Made by a program: the position numbers and the translations under genes. From NCBI RefSeq assembly GCF_009914755.1, contig NC_060926.1: a stretch of 64,000 bases of DNA; one strand, 5' to 3'. This document shows, piece after piece, positions 1 through 15,068 of the stretch (position 1 is its first letter; each line of letters starts with the position of its first letter). The notes under the pieces were generated by a model that had not been told where the DNA came from, searched no databases, and was given only the letters and a program-made list of their open reading frames with translations. Source of the DNA: the human T2T-CHM13v2.0 reference genome, Homo sapiens.

Positions 1-1725
1 AGCCTCAATGGATTTTAAAAATTCAGTCCTTCAGAGTATGTTCCCTGACCATGGTGGAATTGCCCTAGAAACCAATTAACTAGAAAATTCCCAACTTTTT
101 GAAAATTAAACAATGTACTTCTAAGTCACATGCAGAAATTAGAAAATACTGTATACTGGATGATGAAGTAGATACAATTTGTTAAAACTGATGTGATACA
201 ACTAAAGTGCTTAAAGGCATGTAGTAGGAAGGAAGACAGAAAAGGAATAAGCTAAGCTTTCATTTCAAGAAACTAGAAAAAGAACAGCAATCACAAATAA
301 AACAGAAGAAAAATTACAAAGATAAAACAAGTAGTCAACAAAATAGAAAACAGTTACAATAGAAAAAAATTTCAACAAAGCTAAAATTTGAAAAGATTAA
401 TAAAACTGATAAAACTCTAGCAAGACCATTCATGAAAAAGGAAAGATACAAATTAATATCAAGAATGAAAAGTGGGCACTGCTACAGGTCATATAGATAT
501 TAAAGAAAACTGGATTATTATAGACAACTTTATGCCAATGAATTTGGCAACTTAGAGGAAATCGACAAATTTCTAAAAAACCTTTAATTCACTTTGTTAT
601 TAAGGATCTTTTTATTTTATCAAAGAAATCAGATCCATTATTAAAAACCTTTTCACAAAGAAAACCCTAGGGTCATGTTACTTCACTGATGAATTATTCT
701 AAACATTTTAGGAATAAATAATACCCACCTTACATAAACGCTTCTAGAGTGCACAAAAAGAGATACTTTTCAACTTGTTTGATGGGGTCAGTGTAAACCT
801 GCTACTAAAGCCTAAAAAGGAGTTTACAAGACAAATTACAAGCCAATCTCTTTAATGAACTTAGAAGCAAAAATCCTAAACAAAACTGTAAATCAAATCC
901 AGTAATATATAAAATGAATAGTCAGTAGAAGCAAGTAGAGTTTATTCCAAGAATTTCGGAGTTTATTTGAGAAAAATGCAGGCAGCCCAATAGAAAATGG
1001 AGATTTACATGGACACTTCATAAAGGTAGATGCCTGAATTATCCTAAGATATAGAAAGGTGCTTAACTTCATTGAACTTCAGGGAAATGCAAATGGATTA
1101 AAACCATAATAATATATAGTATGCACCCAGATTTGAAGTAATTGTTGTGTGACTGTAAATTGGTATAATTATCTTGGAAAATTATTTGGCAATATCTACT
1201 AAAGATAATCCAGCAGTTCTAGTCCTGGCTCTATATATAACAGAAGTGCAATTACATGTTCACCAAAAAATATACACAAGATTGTTCATAGCCCACAGTT
1301 TATCATAGCACCAAATGAGAAATAAACCAAATATCCATCAAAAGTAGACTAGATAAATTATGGTGTATTTGTAAAATGGCATGGCATATAGCAATGAAAA
1401 TGAATAAACTCCTGCCACAGCAACACGAATGAATCTCATAAACAAAATGTTGAACTAAAGAAGAGAGTCAAAGAAGAGTACATAATACATGAATTCATTT
1501 ACATGAATTTCAAAAACAAGCAAAACTAATATATGGTATTAGAAGTAATGAGAGTGGTTTTCCGTTAGAGTTAGTGACTAAAAGTGGACATGAGATGTTT
1601 CTAGGGTGGTGGTAATTTTCTGTTTCTTGATGTGCTGAATATATGGGTGTCTTCACCCTTCATGCTTGAGATTTGTGCGCTGTTTTGTATTATATTTGTT
1701 ATACTTTATCAGAAAGTTTACTTTT
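1..1725 (+). mobile_element. Ancient L1M (L1ME-like) ORF2 and 3' end relic, highly diverged, internally deleted
   Basis: A-rich L1 ORF2-like text (aaactagaaaaagaacagcaa, aactttatgccaat, atcgacaaatttct) followed by an L1ME-type 3' region (aaatatccatcaaaagtagactagataaattatgg; gaatgaatctcataaacaaaatgttgaac). Confidence 0.8.
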
Positions 1726-2140
1726 GTATAAGGAACCTCTTAGGTAAATTGTTGAATGTGCTTCAGCCAAGGTACTGAAGAGCAATTCCTTCATCTGACT
1801 TAGGAGACTCTTTGCCAATAAGGACAACAACGGAAGATGGGTGGCAAATGTTCTTTTTCTTTACACAGATCTCCTGTGCATCCACAGGCATATGAAAAGG
1901 AGGGAGTGTGAAGCAGGTGAGAAAGAAAATTCCAGATAAATGGAAGATTGGTGTTATTGGGAAGAAAAGGTTTAAAATAGAGGCCTTCTGGATGAGGTTA
2001 GGGCTCTGCTCAAAGAGGTAGTAAGAATTTATCCTGTTTGCTGTTAGAGCTTGTGACAGATAGAGATGCCCCTGAGGTGTGGGGGATGGGAACATTTCTT
2101 CAAAGCTGTCATGGGAGTTGGTTGAAATCACCCACCACAT

Positions 2141-2212
2141 GGTGGATGGGAGATGGGCAGATAATCTTCACTCAGATCTAAACATGGATTATTTGTGCAT
2201 ATCCCATCCACC
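2141..2212. repeat. 72-bp imperfect palindrome (26-bp arms) centred on AGATCT
   Basis: ggtggatgggagatgggcagataatc (2141-2166) vs gattatttgtgcatatcccatccacc (2187-2212): 22/26 complementary. Confidence 0.85.
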
Positions 2213-2582
2213 TTCCACTAGGGAGATTGTGTCTTCCCTAGGAGATGGAGAGCTAATTTAGTTGTTCTGCTATTTCGGCTTTCCAAGTACTCTTGTTTTT
2301 CAGGCCTGGCAGGAAGTGCTCATCAGATTCTAAAGGAAAGCCCAAATTCCACCTTGAAGAATAACAAGCTTTTGTAACATTTAAGCATCAGGTGAATTTT
2401 CACTGTTTACTTATGTTTTTCTCTAATTAGAATTCTGATGTTTTTTGGATGTGTGTGATTTTGGAGTGCATGTGTATGTGTGTGTGTTCATATATACTCT
2501 GCTAACAAGATACTAATTTTCTAGTCCTTTGATCATAAAAAGTTCTTAATGTATATAAGGTACAAAGTCTAAGTTTCCTTGA

Positions 2583-2891
<309 letters not shown>

Positions 2892-3524
2892 TTTTTTGTC
2901 AATTTAAATCTTGTTTCTACTTATGTAAGTCTAATGAAAGTCATTGTTAGCCTCCTATAGAAACAAATAATGAAATGAATAAGCATGTTTTCCTGTAGCA
3001 AACAAATATAAGCTTATCTAGGTCTGATACTGATGGTTATATGTTGCTAATACACACTTAAATGACCTGCATCACTGTATTAGAAAAATCAATTAAAAAA
3101 TATAACCAAAGATGAAAGGCAAACCGCTCAAGACAGTTTATGGTTTAGCTCTCAGAAAATTGTCAATGCTTGGCTGCATTAGATTAGAAAAATCTCTTTT
3201 GTAATGTTTAGCTGAAAAAATAATGCATTGTAACAATGTATACAGCAATTTACCACTCAGAGGTCTTGTGTAAGTAAAACAATAAATTGGAGCTCAACAA
3301 TATTCAACCTAAAATCCTTTCAGAAAGGTCCTCTGCAATAACAGTACATTATTTTCAGGAGCATTAAGTGCTGTACTAGTAATGGTTTCTTAATGCATGT
3401 AGCCTCTTAAAAGGAAATAAGTGACTAATGAAATCCTCATGGATACTCATGAACTCTTTGTGACTAGGATCAGCAGCAGCTCAATCCAGGCTTCTGGGGC
3501 CCCTCCTTGGAATACCGAGTGGTG

Positions 3525-3900
3525 GATGGTTAGAGCTGGATGAGACCTCCAAGCAAAGTCTCTCAAAGTGCAGTCTACTACTGCACTGGCATCACCTGGG
3601 CTGTTGTTAAAATAAACACACGCTAACAACAACAGACTTGGATTTGACTCAGAATCTGGATGTGGAGTCTGGAAATCTACATTTGTTCTTTTTTTTTTTT
3701 TTCTTTTAACCAAGTTTCTCCCTGTAACACTGATGCTCACTGAAGTTTGAGACCTGTACCCTTAGAGGCCATCTAGTCAAACCCCTCATTTTCAGATGAG
3801 GAAGTTGAGGCTTAGAGTCACCGAGCCATTTAATGGCAATGCTGAAATAGACACAGATCTTCTTACTACCCCCAGGCCAAGATCCTTTCTACCACATATA
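3525..3900 (-). mobile_element. MIR/MIR3 relic interrupted by MER5
   Basis: ttagagctggatgagacc | cttagaggccatctagtcaaacccctcattttcagatgaggaagttgaggc matches the MIR core split in two. Confidence 0.7.
3553..3756. mobile_element. MER5-family hAT-Charlie MITE
   Basis: tctcaaagtg...catcacctggg...cagaatctg...gaaatctacattt...aagtttgagac termini and internal motifs. Confidence 0.75.
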
Positions 3901-4155
3901 GTTGCTTCTGAAGTTCATTGAACGGTATGAGCATTCTAAGAACCAATGCTATATAGTCACAAATATGACTCCAGATAATTATGAATTTCTCTAAACCCAC
4001 ATTTTATTTGACTTTCAAAAATACACTTAAAGGAAAGTCCAAAGAATATGGAGGATTGAAAACTAACTCCTTCCAGCTGTTTAGAAAGTGGTAAGGCTAA
4101 GAGACCAGGAAATACTCCTTTCACCACTCATGGAAGTGTGGTTGAGATGCAAATA

Positions 4156-4492
4156 CAGTCATATGCCGAACAACATTTTGGTCAATGACAGGCTGCTTAT
4201 ACCATAGTGGTCCCATAACATTACACTACCATATTTTTTTTACTATACATTTTCTATGTTTAGATACACAGATACTTACCACTGTGTGACAGTTGCCTAG
4301 ATTTTCAGTACAGTAATATGCTGTAAATGTTTGTACCCTAGGAGCAATAAGCTTACACCGTGTAGCCTCGGAGTGTAGTAGGCTGTACCATAAGTTTATA
4401 TAAGTACACTCCATGATGTTTGCACAGTGATGAAATTGCCTAATGACAACATTTCTCAGAATGTATCTCTGTGGTTAAGTGATGCATGCCTG
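4156..4492. mobile_element. Tigger3a/MER7-like TcMar-Tigger MITE
   Basis: cagtcat...atgcctg terminal inverted repeats with TA on both sides; internal 'gtggtcccataa' and 'cctaggagcaataagct' motifs. Confidence 0.85.
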
Positions 4493-4859
4493 TAATTTCT
4501 ATTTTGTGAAAACAGATAATTCCAAAGGTTACAGTTTATTAACCTGTAGGACATTAACCAGTTTTGTATATAACCTAGCAGTCTTATCCTAACCTTACTT
4601 TATTAAGTTGTCTACAAACACTTGTTCCTCAAATTCTCATTTGAACCAGGTTTAACATCTCACTGGTTTCTTCATTAATTAGTGAGTTGAATACAGTCTT
4701 TGATATGTAGTTATTAGATAGTCGAATGAGTATTATTCTCTAAACTTTAAAAAATTATACTTTAGTAATATACTGGAATAATTATACTGGAAGGAGTAAT
4801 AATATATACTACTATTTAATGCATACATGATATTACTATTATGGAAACACAAGCACCTC

Positions 4860-5212
4860 TATATATACACACACACGTGTATATACACGTATATGTATAC
4901 ATACATGCACACATGTACATGTATGTATACATATGTATGGATATGTATGCATGTGTATGTATACATATATGTATGTGTATGTATACATATATGTATGCAT
5001 ATGTATATGTATATATACATGTATATACACGTATATGTATGTATACACGTATATACATGTATATATACGTATATGTATGTATACGTGTATATATACATAT
5101 TTATGTGTGTATACGTATATATACATATACGTGTATATACGCATATATACACACACATATACGTATATATATGCATATATATGCACGTATACATACATAT
5201 ATGTACGTATAC
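4860..5212. repeat. ~350-bp complex (TA/CA/TG/CG)n alternating purine-pyrimidine microsatellite
   Basis: Near-continuous RY alternation; source of the spurious Y/I/H/T/V/C-rich ORFs. Confidence 0.97.
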
Positions 5213-5420
5213 AATGAGAACACAGGGACACAGGGAGGGGAACATCACACACTAGGGCCTGTGGGGGATGGGGGGCTAGGGGAGGGATAACATTAGGAGA
5301 AATACCTAATGTGGGTGACAGGTTGATGGGTGCGGCAAACAAACATGGCACGTGTATACTTATGTAACAAAACTGCACGTTCTGCACATGTAACCCAGAA
5401 CTTAAAGTCTAATAAAAAAA
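5211..5420 (+). mobile_element. L1PA7/8-like 3' end with polyA; probably the inverted tail of the adjacent L1
   Basis: acaatgagaacac...ggggggctaggggagggataacattaggagaaatacctaatg...aacttaaagtctaataaaaaaa. Confidence 0.92.
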
Positions 5421-5473
5421 GTATGTAAACATTTCATTATATATTAATGTTTTTAATATATTTTTAAAAAAAT

Positions 5474-5568
5474 ATATAATTTTGTCAGAATATTCCCTCT
5501 CTCAGCTTCAGTTTGTGCCACTGGAAAATGAGGATAAGACTTATTTAGCTTCTAGAGTATTGTGAGGT
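5474..5568 (+). mobile_element. MIR 3' half
   Basis: ctctctcagcttcagtttgtgccactggaaaatgaggataa...gtattgtgagg resembles MIR cctctctgtgcctcagtttcctcatctgtaaaatggggataa...gttgttgtgagg. Confidence 0.7.
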
Positions 5569-5600
5569 ACAACCTCACACTGTCTTCCACAAGGGTTGAA

Positions 5601-9015
<3,415 letters not shown>

Positions 9016-9060
9016 TATGATACTAGCTGGTTATTTCGCCTGGTAATTGATGCAGTTTCT

Positions 9061-10104
9061 TCATAGCATTGATGGTCTGTACAATTTGGCATGTTTTTGC
9101 AGTGGCTGGTACCAGTTGTTCCTTTCCATATTCAGTGCTTCCTTCAGGAGCTCTTGTAAGGAAGGCCTGGTGGTGAGAAAATCTCTCAGCATTTGCTTGT
9201 CTGTAAAGGATTTTATTTCTCCTTCACTTATGAAGCTTAGTTTGGATGGATATGATATTCTGGGTTGAAAATCCTTTTCTTTAAGACTTTTGAATATTAG
9301 TCCCCACTCTCTTCTGGCTTGTAGGTTTTCTGCCAAGAAATCCACTGTTAGTCTGAGGGGCTTCCCTTTGTGGGTAACCTGACCTTTCTCTCTGGGTGCC
9401 CTTAACATTTTTTCCTTCATTTCAACCTTGATGAATCTGACAATTATGTGTCTTGGAGTTACTCTTCTTGAGGAATATCTTTGTGGTGCCCTCTGTATTT
9501 CCTGAATTTGAATGTTGGCCTGCCTTGCTAAGTTGGGGAAGTTCTCCTGGATAATACCCTGAAGAGTGTTTTCTAACTTGCTTCCATTCTCCCCATCACG
9601 TTCAGGTACACCAAACAAATGTAGATTTGGTCTTTTCACATAGTCCCATATTTCTTGGAGGCTTTGTTTGTTTCTCTTCACTCTTTTATATCTAATCTTG
9701 TCTTCTCACTTTATTTCATTAATTTGACCTTCAATCACTGATATCCTTTCTTCCGCTTGATCGAATCATCTACTGAAGCTTGTGTATGCTTCACAAAGTT
9801 CTCGTACTGTGGTTTTCAGCTTCATCAGGTCATTTAAGCTCTTCTCTACACTGGTTATTCTAGTTAGCCATTCGTCTAACCTTTTTTCAAGGTTTTTAGC
9901 TTCCTTGCAATGGGTTAGAACATGCTCCTTTAGCTTGGAGAAGTTTGTTATTACCCACCTTCTGAAGCCTACTTCTGTCAACTCGTCAAACTCATTCTCC
10001 ATCCAGTTTTGTTCCCTTGCTGGCGAGGAGTTGTGTTCCTTTGGAGTAGAAGAGGTGTTCTGGTTTTTGGAATTTTCGGCCTTTGTGCTCTGGTTTCTCT
10101 CCAT
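9061..10104 (-). pseudogene. L1 ORF1p with an in-frame stop at ~9766
   Basis: MERNQSTKAENSKNQ... and SLQEIWDYVKRPNL, ARREW, QPRISYPSKLSF; the two ORFs share a frame. Confidence 0.95.
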
Positions 10105-10692
10105 CTTTGTGGTTTTATCTATGTTTGGTCTTCGACGTTGGTGGCCTCCAGATGGGTTTTTGGTGTGGATGTCCTTTTTATTGATGTTGATGCTATTCCT
10201 TTCTGTTTGTTAGTTTTCCTTCTAACAGACCCCTCAGCTGCAGGTCTGTTGGAAGTCTACTCTAGACCCTGTTTGCCTGGCTATCACCAGTGGAGGCTGC
10301 AGAACAGCAAATATTGCTGCCTGATCCTTCCTCTGGAAGCTTTTTCCCAGAGGGGCACCCACCTGTATGAAGTATCTGTTGGCCCCTGCTGGCAGGTGTC
10401 TCCCAGTCAGGCTACAATGGGGTCAGGGACCCACTTGAGGAGGCAGTCTGTCCGTTATCGGAGCTCGAACACCATGCTGGGAGAACCACTGCTGTCTTCA
10501 GAGCTGTCAGGCAAGGACGTTTAAGTTTGGAGAAGCTGTCTGCTGCCTTTTGTTCAGATATGCCCTGCCCCCAGAGGTGGAATCTAGAGAGGCAGTAGGC
10601 CTTGCTGAGCTCTGTTGGACTCTGGCCAGTTCGAGCTTCCCTGCTGCTTTGTTTACACTGTGAGTATAAAACCCCCTACTCAAGCCTCAGCA

Positions 10693-10833
10693 ATGGCAGA
10701 CACCCCTTCCCCCGCCAAAATTCAGCATCCCAGGTTGATCTCAGACTGCTGCGCTAGCAGCGAGCAAGGCTCCATGGGCATGGGACCCACTGAGCCAGGC
10801 ACGGGAGGGAATCTCCTGGTCTGCCAGTTGTGA
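10693..10833 (+). pseudogene. L1 ORF0 remnant (46 aa, premature stop) in the antisense 5'UTR
   Basis: gcaATGg Kozak; MADTPSPAK...LISDCCAS..GPTEPG resembles primate ORF0 MAGAPPPAS...LISDCCASN..GPSEPG. Confidence 0.8.
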
Positions 10834-11132
10834 AGACCATGGGAAAAGCATGGTATTTGGACGGAGTGTACTGCTTCTCCAGGTGCAGTCACTCACGGCT
10901 TCCCTTGGCTAGGAAAGGGAAATCCCCCAACTCCTTGTACTTCCCGGGTGAGGTGACACCCTGCCCTGCTTCAGTTCGCCCTCTGTGGGCTGCACCCACT
11001 GACCAACTAGTCCCAGTGAGATTAACCAAGTACCTCAGTTGGAAATGCAGAAATCGCCCATCTTCTGTGTCAGTCTCGCTGGGAGCTGTAGACTGGAGCT
11101 GTTCTTATTCGGCCATCTTGGAAGCGACCTCA

Positions 11133-11200
11133 ACAAAATTATATTTCTAATAAGAAGTAGACAGAGGATTTGAGCTTGGATTTCTCTGATTCCAAAACTC
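11133..11200 (-). mobile_element. MIR 5' half (pre-insertion target of the L1)
   Basis: Reverse complement gagttttggaatcagagaaatccaagctcaaatcctctgtctacttcttattag resembles MIR gactctggagccagactgcctgggttcgaatcccggctctgccacttactag. Confidence 0.65.
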
Positions 11201-11201
11201 A

Positions 11202-11385
11202 GGAGTGAATCCAGATTCAGTTACTTGCTGGCCTGAGCCTAGGGCAAGTTACCTAACCTCCCTGAGTTTCCGTTTCTTTATGATACCTGTGTTGCAGGGT
11301 TATTATGAAATCAGAAACAATGCATGGAAAGTAGTACAGTAGTGCCTGTCACACTGTCAGTGTTTCGTTAAAGCTGACTGTAACC
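11202..11385 (+). mobile_element. MIR
   Basis: gggcaagttacctaacctccctgagtttccgtttc...agggttattatga...agtgcctgtcacac. Confidence 0.75.
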
Positions 11386-11547
11386 ACAATTACCACTGTT
11401 ACCCTTTTGGCACCTATGCTTGCCTGTTCCACATGCCTAACGTCCCTCTCACCTCAGCTGAGACTGCTCCCAGGTAGCTGTCAGGGCTCCAAGCATGACA
11501 CTCTGGCAGGGTTTATTCCTTGGAATTACTGCCTCCTGCCTTTGTGC

Positions 11548-11675
11548 AGTGCTTCTCAAGTTTTAACCTGTGCAGGAATCACCTGAGGGTCTTGTTAAAA
11601 TACATGCCCTGATTCAGTGGGTCTGGGGAGAAGCCCAAGACTCTGCATTTCTGACAAGCTCCCAGGCAGTGCCTG
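11548..11675. mobile_element. MER5A fragment
   Basis: cagtgcttctcaa...gaatcacctgagggtcttgttaaaa...ctgattcagtgggtctgggg...tctgcatttctgacaagctccca. Confidence 0.85.
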
Positions 11676-11843
11676 CACCATTCTCCGGTTCTCTTTCCCT
11701 AGCACCTTCTCTTGCTGCTTGCCTTGCTCTCCCTCAACCCAGTTTCGCTAACTGAAGGGCTTGTTTTCTGCTATGTGATAACAGAACACTGGATATTAGT
11801 GATTTTCCCAGGCAACAAATTTGCTTTTTAACCATTGTTTTCT

Positions 11844-12188
11844 TGCTGTTTTTTCTTTTTCTTTCTTTCTTTTTTTCTTTTCTTTTTTTTTTTTTTTTTT
11901 TTTTTTGAGACAGAGTCTTGCTCTGTCACCCAGGCTGGAGTACAGTGGTGCCATCTTGGCTCACTGCAGCCTCTACCTCCTGGGCTCAGGTGATCCTTCC
12001 GCTTCAGCCTCCTGAGTAGCTGGGACTACAGGCATGTACCACCACACCCAGCTAATTTTTGTAATTTTAGTAGACACGAGACCTTTTTATATTGCCCAGG
12101 CTGGTCTCAAATGCCTGAGCTCAAAGGATCCTCCCACCTTGGCCTCCCAAAGTGCTGGGAGTTCAGGCAGAAGCCACCATGCCTGGCC
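11844..12188 (-). mobile_element. AluJ with long T-rich tail and 17-bp TSD
   Basis: Alu dimer with J-type 'ctcctgggctcaggtgatcc'; TSD tttaaccattgttttct at 11827 and 12189. Confidence 0.95.
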
Positions 12189-13329
12189 TTTAACCATTGT
12201 TTTCTGCAGCTTCTAGTTCCCTTTTCTCTACTGCCTCCATGCACATAGGGAAGAGTTCACTGATCATTTCAAACAGCTGTGAAGAGAGGGTACTGTTTGT
12301 GAGTAAGGACAGATGGGGGTGAGGTTGAGGGTGGGGAGCAAGTTTTTTGATATTGTCAAGTGACATGTCTCAATGGCCATTTATTTGTGTGGGCCTATTT
12401 ATCAAGTACATAAAACAATTCACAGTAGAGTCAAAATTTCTAAAAAGAGCCTAATGAATTCTCCCCTCTTATGAACCTATGTTTCATCTTAAAAGTAGGT
12501 TATGAAAGCTAGCACAGTATTTCTGTAGCAAATGTTGATTAACTTTTTTGTGCAATTGAGCTGTTAATAGGCAGTACTGTAGCTTTGGGAAATCAAACAA
12601 ATATTGACAGAACCTAGTGAAATGGTGTGGTGATTATTGTACCCTTTCTGCCACAGACCAACTGGGGCCCTCCCCTGATAACTAACCATCAGGCAAACTC
12701 TGCCCTTGGGGAGAGATGCAATAATTGACATCCTTATTTATACAAGTTTTTAAAAAATGTCAGAAAAATTCATTTTGTTAACAGTAAGTATATATATATA
12801 GCCCTCTCTACAATGTTATTCATGCTATACCCATTTTTACGTATGAGGATATTGTGCCATAGGGTTTAAGTATCTAGATAAGGTCTTGAAGAATTGTTAT
12901 CTAAGAAAAAATCAATCATGCGGAAATTTCCAGTTTTATTGATCATTACTTGGAAAAAATATTTTGCAAATGCCAATATTTTATGCATCTGTCCTCATTA
13001 TCATCTAGAAGAGAGATATGCCCTTTCATTTATTAAGTGTGCGAAGCTAGCAATGCATGCTGGTAAGGAATGTTACATGGAGTTATAAAGGAGCACACTT
13101 TAAATGTTTATGCTTAAAAAGGGCTGCCGTTAAAGCTGTTAATTTTCTGTAAGTGACACTGTTGATCGCCTACCCAATTACACCCTGCAGCTGCTCCTGT
13201 TCTGTGCCCAGCTACCACCTTGATCTTGCTGTCAGACTTTGACAGGCAAGAATGCAAGATAAGAAAATGCCCAATATTGCTTTCCTCCTGTACAGCCAGA
13301 GCTTGAGTTTGTACCCAATCTGGTCTTAA

Positions 13330-13672
13330 GGGACCTGAAACGCAGCTGGCTGGGGCTGCTGGGAAGGCTCTTCCTCCCAGATAAAGAGACGCATGTAGAA
13401 TGTGTCTTTCTTCTGCATTTCAGAGTGATTGTGTGAAGATACAATACCCTGGAACTGAGGCAGCCATTTTGTAATCACTAGAGCAAAATGCTGAGGACAA
13501 AAACAAAATTCTGAGTAGAGGAGACTGGAAAAAGGAAAGGAGCCCTGGTCCTTAGTGTCACTGTGAAGCTCTTGCTTCTGTTGTAGAACTGCCCTTGCTT
13601 CCAGACTTGTTGCTCTGTGAAATGATAAATGCCCTTTTTGCCCCAGTCACTCTCTGTTGGCCCTTCTGTTAC
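13330..13672 (+). mobile_element. MLT1 (MLT1I/J-like) ERVL-MaLR LTR fragment
   Basis: cctggaactgaggcagccattttgtaa...ggagccctggtcctt...cttccagacttgttg...tgtgaaatgataaat. Confidence 0.7.
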
Positions 13673-15068
13673 ATCCTACCTTGTGTTCCAACCCTTGAGA
13701 AGGTGGCCCCTGGGATTGTGACTGAGTGCTTTCATGAGAGAGTAAGCTCTACTCTCCGAACTTTCCCTGATGTGGCAGAGAGCACAGCTGTGGTCAGCTG
13801 CACTTGGAAATTGGCTCTATCTGATGGAAGCTGGACGAATTCGCTCTGCCAGCCCTGATCAGCAGCCTGACCCTGCTTCCTCCCTGTGCCAAATTCCTGT
13901 GTCATTTGTAACAAAATCTCAGGTTTGGGGTCAACAGTGGTTTTTAAGCTTTTAGCTTTAGAGATAGACAGATGTTTAGGACAAGTTTATTTCTCTGAAT
14001 ATGGCCTATAAATTATAGTCTCTTCAGTCATGTGAGTGGCATAGAATTTAAAGGCAGATTTTCAACAGACAGAGCTATTTATGTCCTTTGAAAATGGTGC
14101 CATATATAAAAAGGTCTTTTACTTAAAAAGGAAAACTGTTTTCACTGCTACAATCATTATCAGAAATTGAGCCCAGACCTTCAGACTACACTATGATGGG
14201 AGGGATATGTATTTAGAAAAAAAGTGGTAACTATGAACTTATACAATACTATTTTTGGAAACTTGTAGGAGCCACTTGTAAAAAATAAATTAGAAGGTAT
14301 ATTGATCTTACCTGTCTACTTTCCTTTTGGTTTTTATAATACCAAAAGTTGCTTTTCAATTTAGACTGATACTCCTTCACAGAGATAACTTTTCACTTTC
14401 TATAATCATATATTATTGTAGTTACTGTTTGTGTATATGAACACTGAACATTAAAAAATGGAAAATTTTGGAATTAGAAACTTCTTTCCATTTTTGAATT
14501 AAAGCCTCATTGGCTCAAAGTTTTAAATGTTGAGATAAAAATTATAGCTAACCTCCTTGTTATCTTTTATTTCATCGTCATATTTTTCAAAACCTATTTT
14601 TATGTGCCTGTGAGATTTAACAAGCAAAATGCATTTTCTTCCACGTGCATATGAAAACAATAATAAATTTGGCACAGAAAAACTGTACTTGGAGATACTC
14701 ATTAAATTTAGAAAATATAAGATCTAGGCCATTAAACAAGCAAGCAATATAAACAAAACCACTGAAAAAAGAAGGCAGTGTCACAGAGGACACTGTATGA
14801 CAAAAGCTACAAAGATGTCATTCACGTCTGCTCTGGCTGCTTGGTTCTGTGTTCACTCTTCCAAAGATCGAGTGAGAAAAGAGATTCTAAGAGATGGAAG
14901 ATCAGAGGATGATCAGGCCTCATCAGTCTGTGGTTTCAGCTCTGCCTAACCATTCTTCTCTCCACCTTTCACCTGTCACCTCTGTTGTCAATGCTGCCCT
15001 GTGTCCTGTGAATTTTTGTATTGTTTTCATAATGTGAGTCAAGTAAATATTTAATGTAGTCCTTCAAA

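Noticed and set aside
4816-5387. Six overlapping 80-182 aa ORFs rich in Y/I/H/T/V/C
   Set aside because: Artefact of the stop-poor alternating dinucleotide tract
14305-14460. Minus-strand exon (ttcag acceptor ~14444, CAG|gtaag donor ~14311)
   Set aside because: Stops in all three frames and no other support
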